Shown here piece after piece: positions 40,738 to 51,900 of a stretch of DNA of 64,000 nucleotides. How positions within the stretch are numbered: position 1 is the first letter of the stretch; each line of letters opens with the position of its first letter. The notes under the pieces are model-generated. The model saw only the letters and a program-made list of their open reading frames with translations, was not told the origin of the DNA and did no database searches. A program made the translations under genes and the position numbers. Origin of the DNA: Vulcanimicrobiota bacterium (GTDB lineage: Bacteria; Vulcanimicrobiota; Vulcanimicrobiia; Vulcanimicrobiales; Vulcanimicrobiaceae); contig OY968762.1 in the NCBI GenBank assembly GCA_963695225.1, positions 1,248,001 to 1,312,000 of the forward strand. Reading direction: 5' to 3'.

Positions 40738-42185
40738 GTGCGAGCGCCCGCGCCTCCCGGCGCGTCTTCGCTGTCGACCGCCAGCAGCCGCCGCCCGATC
40801 CCTTCGCGGGCAGCCTCCGCCGCGACCGCCTTCGCGACCGCATCGACGACGCGCGGATCGAAGACGCTCGGGATTACGTACTCAGGCCCGCGCTCGGCAT
40901 CCGTGACGATCTCCGCGATCGCGTGCGCCGCCGCCAGCTTCATCCCTTCGGTGATCTTCCGGGACCGGCAGTCGAGCGCACCGCGGAAGATCCCCGGAAA
41001 AGCCAAGAGGTTGTTGACCTGGTTCGGGAAATCGGAGCGGCCGGTCGCCATCACCGCGACGTACGGCGCAGCGATGTCGGGCATGATCTCCGGGGTCGGG
41101 TTCGCCATCGCGAACACGATCGGATCGCGAGCCATCCCTTGGAGATCGGCGGGTTTGAGGATTCCCGGCGCGGAGACTCCTACGAACACGTCCGCCCCGC
41201 GCAGCACTTCGCCGAGTTGCCCGTGCTTGTTGTCTCGGTTCGTGTGCTCTGCGAGCCAGGTCCAATGGGCGTTCGTGTAGGTTTCGTCGCGATTGATGGC
41301 CCCGGCGCGGTCCACCGGAATCACGTCGCGCACGCCCGCGGCGAGCAGCATCTTGATCGTCGCGGTCCCGGCCGCGCCGCAACCGTTGACGACGACCGTC
41401 AGATCTTCCATGCGTTTGCCGACGACTTTCGCCGCGTTGATCAGCGCCGCGAGGATGACGACGGCCGTTCCGTGCTGATCGTCGTGCATCACGGGGATGT
41501 CGAGACGCTCGATCAACTGCCGTTCGATCTCGAAGCAGCGCGGCGCCGAGATATCTTCGAGGTTGATTCCGCCGAAGATCGGCGCGATCCGCACGACGGT
41601 CTCGACGATCTCGTCGACGTCCTTCGTATCCAAGCAGATCGGAAATGCGTCGATGCCCGCGAACTGCTTGAAGAGCATCGCTTTGCCCTCCATCACGGGC
41701 GCCGCTCCGAACGGCCCGATGTCGCCGAGCCCGAGCACGGCCGTGCCGTCGGAGACGACGGCGACCGAGTTGCGCTTGATCGTGAACTTATAGGCTTTCG
41801 AAGGGTCGTCGGCGATCGCCATGGAGACCCGCGCGACGCCCGGCGTGTACACGGTGGAAAGGTCGTGCCGAGTCTTGACGGGGACCGTCCCTTCGACGCG
41901 GATCTTCCCGCCGAGATGGGCGAGGAACGTGCTGTCGGAGACGCCGATCACCTTGACGCCGCCGAGCCCTTGGACGACGGCGCGCACGGCCGCCGCGACC
42001 GCGTCCGAGGAAACGTTCACCGTGACGTCGCGCGTGACCACGGACTTTGCGATGGCGCACACGTCGACACCGCCGATCATTCCGCCGGCCGAGCCGATTG
42101 CGGACGCAAGCTCGCCGAAGGCACCCGGGGTGTTCGGCATTTCGAGGCGCATGATGAGGGAGAAACCGATTGCAGGACTTGCCAT
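40734..42185 (-). CDS. Malic enzyme with N-terminal ACT domain
   Basis: ACT-like NTPGAFGEL; YTPGVA, DGTAVLGLGDIG, VMEGKA, NLEDI, HDDQHGT, NQVNN. Confidence 0.95.
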   Translation of the reverse strand: MASPAIGFSLIMRLEMPNTPGAFGELASAIGSAGGMIGGVDVCAIAKSVVTRDVTVNVSSDAVAAAVRAVVQGLGGVKVIGVSDSTFLAHLGGKIRVEGTVPVKTRHDLSTVYTPGVARVSMAIADDPSKAYKFTIKRNSVAVVSDGTAVLGLGDIGPFGAAPVMEGKAMLFKQFAGIDAFPICLDTKDVDEIVETVVRIAPIFGGINLEDISAPRCFEIERQLIERLDIPVMHDDQHGTAVVILAALINAAKVVGKRMEDLTVVVNGCGAAGTATIKMLLAAGVRDVIPVDRAGAINRDETYTNAHWTWLAEHTNRDNKHGQLGEVLRGADVFVGVSAPGILKPADLQGMARDPIVFAMANPTPEIMPDIAAPYVAVMATGRSDFPNQVNNLLAFPGIFRGALDCRSRKITEGMKLAAAHAIAEIVTDAERGPEYVIPSVFDPRVVDAVAKAVAAEAAREGIGRRLLAVDSEDAPGGAGART

Positions 42186-42279
42186 GCCCATACGTTATCG
42201 GCAGAAAATGGCGGCTCCTAGGTCTTTTCGCAGACCTTTTTCCGGGCCGGCGCCGCACGGGAGGCGCCTGCGTTGCTCG

Positions 42280-43611
42280 CTACGAGCCGGAGATCGTCAT
42301 TTCCGCGACGCGGAACGACGGCGCGACGATGGCGCCGTCGAAATGCAGGTCGTTCGCGACGGCATCGACTGCGCCGAGCATCGTCGCGAGATTTCCCGCG
42401 ATCGTGAACTCGTCCAAAGGCCCTGCGAGCTCCCCGTTTTCGATCGCGAAACCGCGCGCCCCGCGGCTGTACGTTCCGCTGACGTGTTCGGTGGCGAAGC
42501 CTATCGTGTCGACGACGAGCACGCCGCGCGGCGTCGCCGCGATCAGCTCCGCGAGCGACCGCGCGCCCGGTTCCAAGTAGAAGTTGTTCGGGCCGACTCC
42601 GCCGCCCGCGGCGTTCGCGGTGGAGCTCGCACCCAGCTTTCGGCCGTAGTAGGTATCGAAGAGATACGTGCGCAAAACGCCCCGCTCGAACACGACGGTG
42701 CGTCGCGTCGGCACGCCCTCCGCATCGAACGGGGACGTGCCGAGGCCCCCCGCGAGCCGCCCGTCGTCGACGATCGTGACCAGGTCGCTACCGATCTTCT
42801 CACCGGTGCGATTGATCAGGAAAGAGTTTCCGACAGCGACGTTTGCCGCGCTGACCGAAGCGAAGACGTCCGCCAGGACGGCGGCCGCCACATCCCGTTC
42901 GAAGATCACGGGGAGCCGGGCCGTCGCAGGCTTGCGCGCTCCGCACAATTCGACGGCCCGCCGCGCCGCGGTCGAGGCAATGGATGCGACGGATTCGAGA
43001 GCGGCGTAGCCGCGCGACGCGCTGCCGTATCCGGCGACGCGCAAGTTCACGCCGTCGCGCGCGATCGGCGCGGTGCTGCGCGACGCGCTCGAAGCCCGGT
43101 ACGAGCCGCGAAAGCCGCGCGAGTTCGCAAGGACCAGCATCGTCGTTCCGTCCGCAACTCGCGAGCCGCCCGAGTTCGAGATGCGCGCATCGTATTCGCG
43201 GATGGCTCGCTCGAGCTCGAGCGCGTCGTCCAGCTTCGCGCGGACCGCGCGTTCGCGCACGTCCGCCGCGAGGATCCCGAGCTGCGCATCGTCCGCGAGC
43301 GCCGCGACGCTCTCCGGCAAGCCGGCGAAAGGATCGGCGGCCACGTGCGCGGCGGCATCCACCGCTTCGCGCGCGAGCGCGCGCACTTCCGGGAGGGAGA
43401 GATCCGTCGTCGCCAACGTCGCTTTCGCGCCGTTCCGGAACACGCGCAGCGTCAGCGCGCGTCCGATCGATTGCTCGAGTTTCGTGATCTCGCGGTCGCG
43501 CGCTTCGGTCGAAAACCGCTCGGAGATGTTGACGGTCGCCTCGGCGTCGGTCGCGCCCGCCGCGAGCGCCGCATCGACCGCAGCCGACGCGATTTCCAGT
43601 TCACGCTCCAA
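42280..43611 (-). CDS. pmbA: TldE/PmbA peptidase subunit
   Basis: FDAEG, SGTYSRGARG..IENG, TIAGN, APS; no HExxH; follows tldD. Confidence 0.92.
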   Translation of the reverse strand: MERELEIASAAVDAALAAGATDAEATVNISERFSTEARDREITKLEQSIGRALTLRVFRNGAKATLATTDLSLPEVRALAREAVDAAAHVAADPFAGLPESVAALADDAQLGILAADVRERAVRAKLDDALELERAIREYDARISNSGGSRVADGTTMLVLANSRGFRGSYRASSASRSTAPIARDGVNLRVAGYGSASRGYAALESVASIASTAARRAVELCGARKPATARLPVIFERDVAAAVLADVFASVSAANVAVGNSFLINRTGEKIGSDLVTIVDDGRLAGGLGTSPFDAEGVPTRRTVVFERGVLRTYLFDTYYGRKLGASSTANAAGGGVGPNNFYLEPGARSLAELIAATPRGVLVVDTIGFATEHVSGTYSRGARGFAIENGELAGPLDEFTIAGNLATMLGAVDAVANDLHFDGAIVAPSFRVAEMTISGS

Positions 43612-45007
43612 GCGCCGAGCCCCCGACCGTCACGTAAGAGAGTTTGACCGTCGGCATCCCGACGCCGACCGGCACGTACTGTCCGCCCTTGCCGCACGTG
43701 TAGAAGCGCCCTGCGAGCCGGCTGTCGTTCCCGACCGCGACGACGCGCGTCATCACCTCCGGCCCGTTCCCCACGAGCGAGGCGCCGCGCAACGGCCGCG
43801 TCAGCTTGCCGTCTTCGATCAAATACCCTTCGGCGAGCATGAAGACGAAATCGCCTTTGCTGATCTCGACTTGCCCGCCGGAGAACGACTTCGCGAAAAC
43901 CCCGCGCTTGACCGAACCGATGATTTCATCGTAGGTCGATTCGCCGCTCGGCATGTAGGTGTTGCACATGCGCGGCTGCGGCATCGATCGAAACGATTGA
44001 CGCCGGCCGCTCCCCGTCGACGTCCCGCCCATCAATGCCGCGTTGAGACGATCGTGCATGTATCCGCGCAAGACGCCGTTCTCGACGAGGACCTTGTGCG
44101 CACCCGGCGTGCCCTCGTCGTCGATCGCGACGCTCCCGCGCTCGCACGGCAGGTTTCCGTCGTCGTAGATCGTCACGAGCTCGCTCGCGACGCGCTCGCC
44201 GATGCGCCCGCTGTAGAGCGATGTCCCTTGCCGATTGAAATCCCCTTCGAGGCCGTGCCCGACCGCCTCGTGCAGCAGAACGCCTCCGCTCCCCGCGCCT
44301 ACGACGACGGGCAGTTCCCCCGCGGGCGCCTCGATCGCGTCGGCGTTGACGACGGCGACGCGCGCCGCCTCGCGCGCGATCGCTTCCGGCGTCTGCTCCA
44401 GAAAGTAGGCAAGGCTTGTCCGTCCGCCGTCGGCGGAGAACCCGTTTCCGCGTACGGAGCCGCGCGCGACGCATTGCACGGCAAGCGTTACGAGCGGTCT
44501 GCGATCGCTCGCGAACCGTCCCTCGCTCGTCGCGATGACGACCTCTTGCAGTTCTTCCGCGATCGACGCGTTCACCGCGATCACTTTCGGATCGAACGCG
44601 CGTGCGGCGGCGTCGGCACGCGAGAGCAGATCGACGTAGATCGCCGAGGACGTCCCGTCGAGCGATCTCGCAGCGCGATAGATCTCGGCGGCCGGCTCGG
44701 GGCGTCCGCTCACTTCCACGGTTCTTACGCGCGCGGCCCCGTCCCGCGCGATATAGGACGCGATGCGCGCGGTTCGCGCGAGCGCTTCGCGCGAGAGATC
44801 GTCGGTGTGCGCGTAGCCCGCGCGCTCCCCCGAGAGCACGCGGATCCCGACCCCGGCCGTTACGCTCAAGCCCGCCTCGTGAATCGCGCCGTCCTGCAAG
44901 CGGAACGAGCGGCTCGCGCGCCGTTCGTAGAACGCTTCGGCGTAGTCGCCGGCACCGATCGCCTCGGCGAGCACCGCCGAAAACGTCGCCGCATCGAGCA
45001 TCTCCAT
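43601..45007 (-). CDS. tldD: TldD metalloprotease
   Basis: GVGIRV, LLHEAVGHGLEGD, DDEG, PRMCNT, CGKGGQ. Confidence 0.95.
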   Translation of the reverse strand: MEMLDAATFSAVLAEAIGAGDYAEAFYERRASRSFRLQDGAIHEAGLSVTAGVGIRVLSGERAGYAHTDDLSREALARTARIASYIARDGAARVRTVEVSGRPEPAAEIYRAARSLDGTSSAIYVDLLSRADAAARAFDPKVIAVNASIAEELQEVVIATSEGRFASDRRPLVTLAVQCVARGSVRGNGFSADGGRTSLAYFLEQTPEAIAREAARVAVVNADAIEAPAGELPVVVGAGSGGVLLHEAVGHGLEGDFNRQGTSLYSGRIGERVASELVTIYDDGNLPCERGSVAIDDEGTPGAHKVLVENGVLRGYMHDRLNAALMGGTSTGSGRRQSFRSMPQPRMCNTYMPSGESTYDEIIGSVKRGVFAKSFSGGQVEISKGDFVFMLAEGYLIEDGKLTRPLRGASLVGNGPEVMTRVVAVGNDSRLAGRFYTCGKGGQYVPVGVGMPTVKLSYVTVGGSALGA

Positions 45008-45029
45008 CCTGCGTTCTTTTCCTTGCGGC

Positions 45030-46550
45030 TCAGAATTCCGCCAGCCGGTCGAGCGCGAGGTCCTCGCGGTCGGCGAGCCGGTCCGCACCGGCGTGCGGAC
45101 CGTTCGAGATGAAGGCGAACACGATCGGACCGTGCTTGCGGCTCTCGACGATCCCCGCGAGAGCGTTGACGCCGAGGAGGTGCCCGCTCTTCGCGCGTAC
45201 GCGCCCCGCACCAGCGTGGAGCACGTGAAGGCGGACGGTGCCCTCGATTCCGACGCGCGGCAGCAAGGCGACTATGCTCGTTTCGGGCGGCTCGCGTAAC
45301 TGCGCGCGCAACAGCGCGGCGAGGGCCGCGGCGGTCGCGCGGTTCGCAGCGGAGAGCCCGCTGCCGTCGACGATGCGCAAGCCCGCGCGCGGAATCATCC
45401 AGCGCGCGAGCCACATCTGCTCGGCGCGAATCCCGTCGGTGTCGTTCCCGGCGCCGAACCCGTCGACCGCAAGCAGGCGGAGCAATTGCTCGGCCGCGTG
45501 ATTGTCCGATTGGAAGAGCATCTCACGCACGAGGCCGGCGAGCGGGGGCGAGCGGTGCGTCCACAGCGCGACGGCGTCGGCCGGAGCGGCGCCGACCTCG
45601 ACGCCGCCTGCGAGCGCGATCTTGCGTCGCGCGAGCATCGCGGCAAACGCGTGCCCCGCGTAACGCGGTAGCGATAGGACCGGGATCCATGCGTGCTGCG
45701 GCTCACCGTCGGCAACTTCGCCCGAGGCCCGGAAGACGTTCGCATCGCCGCCGCGGACCGGCCCTTCGCGATCGAGCGAGAACTCCGCAGATGCGCCCGC
45801 GCCGACCGTGAGGATCGTCCCCAGTATGCGCATGCCGCTGTCGGGAGGTTCGAGTTCGATTCGCGCCGCGGCACCGGGCGTCGTCGGAATCACGCTGACT
45901 TCGGCGGTATCTCCGTCGAGCGAGAGCGCGCTCGAAGCGAAAGCGTAGCCTGCGAGCAGATCGTCCGCGGACCACGCCGGGTTCGTCTCGCCGCCGGAGA
46001 AGAGCGATCCGTCGACGACGAGCGGCCCTTCGATGCGACGGATCCCGCGCAGCGCGAGCGTCTGCGCGGCGCCGCGCAGGTCGTTCGAAGCGAGCGCGGG
46101 ATCTCCGCCGCCGACGAGCCACAGCGGTGAAGCCAGGATGCCGTCGCGCGGTTCGCTCCGGGCGACCGCGCGCGTCTCGAAGCGGTGTTGCGGCCCGAAC
46201 GTCGCGAGCGACGCCGCCGCGACGAGGAGCTTCATCGTCGAGGCGGGGACGAGCGAGCGGCGTTCCCTGCGCGCGAAGAGCCGCGTCCCGTCGGCGGCGA
46301 CGATGTCGATCCCGGCATCATCGAACACCGCGTCGTCCAAGAGGGCGCGCATCTCGCGAGCGGCGCGCAGCCGCTCGCCCGCGCTCCAGTGGTAGGCGCG
46401 CGGCGTCGCCGCGGGGCGCGGGCTTTCGCGCGGCGCAGGCGAGGCGCTGGGAGCGCCCTTCGGCGCGCACGCGACGGCGGCGAACGTGGCGAGTGCGAGC
46501 GCGAGCGCGCCTCGCACCCACCGCACGAACGGTACGCGCAGGGCGGTCAC
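45030..46550 (-). CDS. dacB: D-Ala-D-Ala carboxypeptidase/endopeptidase (PBP4, S13), possibly a lipoprotein
   Basis: PASTMK, GGGDP, SDN, DGSGLS, AKSG; N-terminal AVAC. Confidence 0.92.
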   Translation of the reverse strand: MTALRVPFVRWVRGALALALATFAAVACAPKGAPSASPAPRESPRPAATPRAYHWSAGERLRAAREMRALLDDAVFDDAGIDIVAADGTRLFARRERRSLVPASTMKLLVAAASLATFGPQHRFETRAVARSEPRDGILASPLWLVGGGDPALASNDLRGAAQTLALRGIRRIEGPLVVDGSLFSGGETNPAWSADDLLAGYAFASSALSLDGDTAEVSVIPTTPGAAARIELEPPDSGMRILGTILTVGAGASAEFSLDREGPVRGGDANVFRASGEVADGEPQHAWIPVLSLPRYAGHAFAAMLARRKIALAGGVEVGAAPADAVALWTHRSPPLAGLVREMLFQSDNHAAEQLLRLLAVDGFGAGNDTDGIRAEQMWLARWMIPRAGLRIVDGSGLSAANRATAAALAALLRAQLREPPETSIVALLPRVGIEGTVRLHVLHAGAGRVRAKSGHLLGVNALAGIVESRKHGPIVFAFISNGPHAGADRLADREDLALDRLAEF

Positions 46551-46558
46551 GCGGCGCG

Positions 46559-48070
46559 TTAGAAGGGCCGCGCCCGAAGCGGGAGGAGCGAGACGGCGCG
46601 CGGCTCCCGCTCCCAGCGCAGGATCGCGAGGCCGCCGGGCACGAGCGATTCGCACCACGTGAAGTAGAATCGCCGCGCCGGCGCATCGCCGTAACGATAC
46701 GCGTGAACGCCCCCGTCGACGACGCTGCCGCACGCTTGCGCGAGGCGCGCCTGGAAATCGGGGCGCGTTGCGAGCGGTTCCTTGTCGACGAAGAGCGCTC
46801 GCGCGGGGCGCATCGTCGAAGGATACCAGTTGTGCGACTCGCGCCCTTGCCAATCGTAACCGATCACGACCGGCGGGACGTTCGCGTCGAAGTCGAGCAC
46901 GGAGGAGAGCCCGTAACCGTCGGTCATCACGATCGCGCCGCGCTCGCGGGCGATGCGAGCGACGTCGAGCGCGAGCGGCCGGTATGCGAAGATCTCGAAC
47001 GGCCCGGTGTTGCGGAGCTGGACGCCCGTTTCGCGCTGGATGACGCGATAACTCGCGCCCGGGGCGAACGTCATCGCGAAGATCGCCGGAAGGAGTACGG
47101 CCGCCGGGACGAGCGCGATCGTCGTCCATACGATGCGCGGACGCGCCGGGAGTTGAACGTAGGCGACTCCCATCATCGCGCACAGCGACGCGAACGCGCC
47201 CAGGACCCAATGGATTTCGACGTCGCGCACGAGCGCGAAGAGCGTGAGCCCGGCGAGCAGCGGGAGCGCGGTCCACGCGAGCAGCGCGTTGCGCGGCCGC
47301 ACGGCGAGGATCAGAACGCCGAGCCAGATCCCCGGGGAGTAAGCGGCCGCCTGCGCGGCATAGAGCGAGAGCACGTGGCGGAGCGAGGATTGCAAGAGCC
47401 GCTCGCCCTCGTGCCGGTGGATCAGCGCGAACGTGAACGTCACCCAATCGTGCGCCGCGTTCCACGCCAAGAACGGCGAATACACGAGCGCGCACACGCC
47501 GAGCGAGAGCGCGAGGCCCTGTTTCCAGAGATGCCGGTTTCGCGGCATCAGCGCGTAACCGGCGATCCCGGCGACGAGCGCGAAGCCGAACATGCGCGAG
47601 AGGAGCGCGCCGCCGAGCGCGACGCCGAGCAGCACGTAATCGCGCCGCAACCCGAAACGGAACGCGCGGACCGCGAACCACAACGCGAGCGACCAGAACA
47701 TCAGATAGGGCCCGTCCGGCTGGGCCGTACCGAACGCGATCGAGGCGAGCGGGGTCACGGAGAAGGCGAGCGCGGTCGCGGCTCCGGCGCGGCGATCGTC
47801 CGCGATCGTCGTCGCGGTTTGCGCCAACGCGAACGTCGCGATCGCGCCGCACACGACGAAGCCCAACCGTACGAACCCCGGGTTGTTGCCGAATTGTCCG
47901 AACGACGCGATCGTCCACGCGACGGCGGGCGGATGATCGACGTAACCGAACGCGAGGCGTCGGCTCCATTCCCAGTAGTACGCTTCGTCGCCGGTCAACG
48001 GGAGCAAGAACGCGCCGACCGCGCGCAGGAGGAACACCACGACGACTGCCGCCCAAACGTAGGCCGTCAC
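46559..48070 (-). CDS. GT39/ArnT-like membrane glycosyltransferase
   Basis: DEAYYWEWS..LAFGYVDHPP, PD, multiple TM segments. Confidence 0.9.
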   Translation of the reverse strand: MTAYVWAAVVVVFLLRAVGAFLLPLTGDEAYYWEWSRRLAFGYVDHPPAVAWTIASFGQFGNNPGFVRLGFVVCGAIATFALAQTATTIADDRRAGAATALAFSVTPLASIAFGTAQPDGPYLMFWSLALWFAVRAFRFGLRRDYVLLGVALGGALLSRMFGFALVAGIAGYALMPRNRHLWKQGLALSLGVCALVYSPFLAWNAAHDWVTFTFALIHRHEGERLLQSSLRHVLSLYAAQAAAYSPGIWLGVLILAVRPRNALLAWTALPLLAGLTLFALVRDVEIHWVLGAFASLCAMMGVAYVQLPARPRIVWTTIALVPAAVLLPAIFAMTFAPGASYRVIQRETGVQLRNTGPFEIFAYRPLALDVARIARERGAIVMTDGYGLSSVLDFDANVPPVVIGYDWQGRESHNWYPSTMRPARALFVDKEPLATRPDFQARLAQACGSVVDGGVHAYRYGDAPARRFYFTWCESLVPGGLAILRWEREPRAVSLLPLRARPF

Positions 48071-48819
48071 CGTTCGTGCGGCTCCACGAGACCGCCGTTC
48101 ACGCCGAGCGTCTGCCCGTTGATAAAGCCTGCCTCATCCCCGGCCAAGAACCGCACGGCCGCCGCAATATCCTCCCACGAGCCCGAATGGCCCGTCGGGT
48201 TCTTCGCGGGCAAGGCCCGCGCGGCGGCACGGTCCGCCTCTTTGTCGCGGATGTCGCCGGGCTCGATCGCGTTGACGGTGATGCCGTACTCCGCCTCCTC
48301 GAGCGCCAGCGCGCGGGCGAACGTCACGACAGCGGCCTTGGCCGCGCCGTACAACGACATGCCGCGGGCGGGGAGCGTCGCGTGGGAACCGTTCATGCCG
48401 AAATATATCAAGCGCCCGAAGCCGCGCGCGCGCATGCCCGGGAGGACGGCGAACGCCCCTTCGACCGCGCTGCCGAGATTCGCCGCGAGCATCCTCTCGT
48501 AATCGGCATAGGTGCAGTCGGCGAAACGGCGTACGACGATCGGCCCCGCGGAATGGACGAAGACGTCGAGCCTCCCGAAGTGGGTTTCGACCGCGGCGAC
48601 GGCCGCTTGCGTCGCGCCGCGGACGGCATGGTCGGCCTCGACGGGAAAGGCTGCGTGCCCCGTCGTTGCGATATCGGCCAGCGTCCGCTCGGGTGAAGTC
48701 CCGTCAGCGCGATAGGTTAACGCCACGCGGTACCCCCTCGCCGCGAAGTCGCGCGCGATACCGCGAGCCAAGCCCCGCGCCGCCCCCGTGACCAGCGCCA
48801 CCCGAGTCTCTTTGCCCAC
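48067..48819 (-). CDS. SDR-family oxidoreductase
   Basis: TGAARGLA, YGAAK, ITVNAIEPG, INGQTLGVNGG. Confidence 0.92.
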   Translation of the reverse strand: MGKETRVALVTGAARGLARGIARDFAARGYRVALTYRADGTSPERTLADIATTGHAAFPVEADHAVRGATQAAVAAVETHFGRLDVFVHSAGPIVVRRFADCTYADYERMLAANLGSAVEGAFAVLPGMRARGFGRLIYFGMNGSHATLPARGMSLYGAAKAAVVTFARALALEEAEYGITVNAIEPGDIRDKEADRAAARALPAKNPTGHSGSWEDIAAAVRFLAGDEAGFINGQTLGVNGGLVEPHER

Positions 48820-48920
48820 GAGCGGGATGCTTCGGCGTCGAGGGCCCGCTTCCGCGTCCGGCGCCGCGGTCGCGCGCGGCCCGGCTGCTTCCGGGCGAGA
48901 CTAGCGGGCCGTGCGGACGT

Positions 48921-51900
48921 CTAGACGCCGGCGCCGACCCGCGGCACGTCGAGCTCGGGCAGCTGCGCCGCCGGTTTGCGCCTCTTATCGGCGCGCCGTT
49001 CCGACCAGCCCATGATTCCGCAATAGACGATCGGAACCAGCATCAAGGTGAGCACCAGCGAGCTCGAAAGCCCTCCGATCAGCACGGTCCCCATCGAAGC
49101 GCGCTCCTCGCCGCCCTCCGTCAATCCGAGTGCGAGCGGGAGCATGCCGAAGATCATCGCGCACGTCGTCATCAAGATCGGCCGGAAGCGGGTTGCGGCG
49201 GCCGCTTTCATTGCCTCGACGACACGCAGGCCGCGCGCGCGCATCTGGTTCGCGTAATCGACGAGCAGGATCCCGTTCTTCGCAACCAAGCCGAACAACA
49301 TGATCATCGCGATCAGCGAGAACAAGTTGAGTGATTGATGCCGCAGCGCGAGCCCGCCGAGCGCGCCGATGATCGCAACCGGGACCGAGAACATCACGAC
49401 GAAGGGCTCGACGAACGAGCCGTACAGAACGACCATCAGCATGTAGACGAGCGCGACCGAGGTCGCGAGCGCGAGCCCCATGCTCGAGAACGTTTGCTGA
49501 TAGAGCTCGGCGTCGCCGGCGGAGAGCGCCTTCGTATCCGGCGGTAGGAAGCCCGGCGTCGCGAGCGCTTTGTCGACCGGGGCGAGAACGTTCCCGAGCG
49601 TCGTCGTCGAGTCGATATCGCCCGTGACGCGCACGATGCGATGGCGGCTCTGCCGCTCGATCTTCGTCGGCGCCTTCGTCATCGTGAAATCGGCGATGCT
49701 CGATAGGTTCACGAGCGTCCCTGAGAGAGAGCGGACCTTCACGGTCCGCACGCGCGCGACGTCGTTGCGCGTCGATTCGGGGAGTTGCACCCGCACGTCG
49801 ATCAGGCCGCTCGGCGTGCGAACCTTCGTCGCGATCGCTCCGCCGATCGCGATGCGCGCCGCGGTCGCGGCGTCGCCCGGGGAGACGCCGAGCAGCGTCG
49901 CCCGCGCCGGGTCGATGTGGATGTTGAGGCGCGGGCCGTCCGCCTCGGCGCCGGTCTGCACGTTGATCGCTCCCGGCTGCTCGCGAATGAGGGCGGCGAG
50001 CTTGTTCGCCGCCTGGTTCAGCGTCGCGTCGGGGCCGGAAAGGGTGTAATAAATCGCCGTGCCGCTTCCTCCGCCGCCCTCTTTCTGCGCTTCGAAGACG
50101 GCCCCGGGGACGGTCCAGCCGAGCTTGCGCAGGTCTTCGAGCGCGCGGGGAGTCTCCTTGCGCCGCCTCTGATCGAGGATCACCGTGAAGCGTCCGACGT
50201 GTCCGCCGATCGTCGAGCCCCAGCCGGTCGGCTTGCGGCCGGCCGTCGTCAAGACGCTTTGGACTCCGTCGATCTTCACGGCCTCCTTGGAGAAACTGTC
50301 CAGCGCAGCCTCGGTGACCGCGAGCGGCGTGCCGACCGGGAACGTGACCGCCCCGTTCAGGACGCCGGTATTCGAACTCGGGACGAACTCGGAGCCGATG
50401 AATCCGAGCGGGACGAGCGAGAGCGCCGCGAGGACGAGCGCGAAACCGCTCGCGACCGTGATCCAGCGATGCCCGAGCCCCCACGGGAGCGCCCGCTCGA
50501 TATAGAAGCGCGCGACGCGCTCGAAGAGGCGTTGGAACCACGCGGCCCAGTGCGGCACGCCCTCGCTGCGATTCTTGACCGACCAGCGCCCCGCGAGCAG
50601 CGGCGTCAGCGTGAAGGAGACGAGCAGCGAGAAGAGGGTCGCGACGACGATGACGATCCCGAATTCCTTCATGTACTTGCCGACGATCCCGGAGAGGAAC
50701 GCGATCGGCAGGAACACGACGACGTCGACGAGCGTGATCGCGATTGCGGCTTGCCCGATCTCGGTGCGGCCGTTGTACGCCGCGTCCAGCGCCGCTTCGC
50801 CCATGTCGCGATGCCGCGTGATGTTCTCGAGGACGACGATCGAGTCGTCGACGAGGATCCCGATCGTCAGCCCGAGCCCCATCATCGAGATCGTGTCGAT
50901 CGTGTAGTTCAGGATGCGCATCACCATGAACGTCGCGAGCAACGACATCGGGATCGCGATCATGACGACCGCCGCGTTGCGCCAGGCGTGCAGGAAGAGC
51001 AGCATCACGATCGCCGTGAGCAAGATGCCTTCCATCAAGCTCTGCAGGACGCCGTTGATCGAGGCGTGCGTGTAATCGGCATTCGCCTCGATCTCGCTGA
51101 ACCGCACGTCCGGATGCTGCTTGGCGAGTTCGACGAAGGCCGCGCGGACGGCATCGGTCGTCTTGATCTCGTCGGAATCCGCGCTGCGCTGGATGTCGAG
51201 GATCACTGCCGAAGCGCCGTTGTTCTTGGTCGGGTAGCGCTGCTCTTGATGCCCGTCGACGACGGTCGCAAGCGATCCGATCGTCGGGACGAGCGTATCC
51301 GCGGACTGCTGCAGGATGTTCCCGATCGGCACCGGGAGCCGCAGGATGTCGGACGGATCGACGATATCCGCGTGGACCGAAACGCTCGTCTCGCTCGTCT
51401 TCGCATCGATCCGGCCGCCCGGAAGGTTCGCGTTGTTCGACGCGACCGCGCCGAGAATGTCGGAGAGCGTTGCGCCGACGCCTGCGAGCCGGCCGAGGTC
51501 CGGATACACGTAGATCTCGCGCGGCGTGTCCCCGCGCGTGTCGACCGAGACGACCCCCGCCACGTTCTTGAGATCGGGGACGATCCGGTCGTTGATCAGA
51601 TCGCCGAGCGCCGCCGCGGAGAGCGTCTTCGAACTGAGCGCCTCGGTCAGGATCGGATCGGCCGTCCCCGAGTTCTTGAACACGCTCGGAGGATCGAGAT
51701 CCGCGGGCATGTTGACGCGCGCCGTATCGACGCGCCGCTGGACGTCCGTCGCCGCGAAGTCCAGGTTCGTATCGAGCTTGAACTGGACGACGACGGTCGC
51801 CGTACCTTCCTGCGCCGTCGCGGAGAGCTTGTCGAGGTTGTCGATGCCGTCGAGTTGGTCTTCGATCGGTTTGATGACGAGCTTTTCCATCTCGGCGGGC

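Noticed and set aside
42195..42222. GCCGATAA (sigma28-like -10) upstream of the malic enzyme gene
   Set aside because: No TAAA -35 at the proper spacing; better explained as a CGAA-like variant or a TAACGT -10
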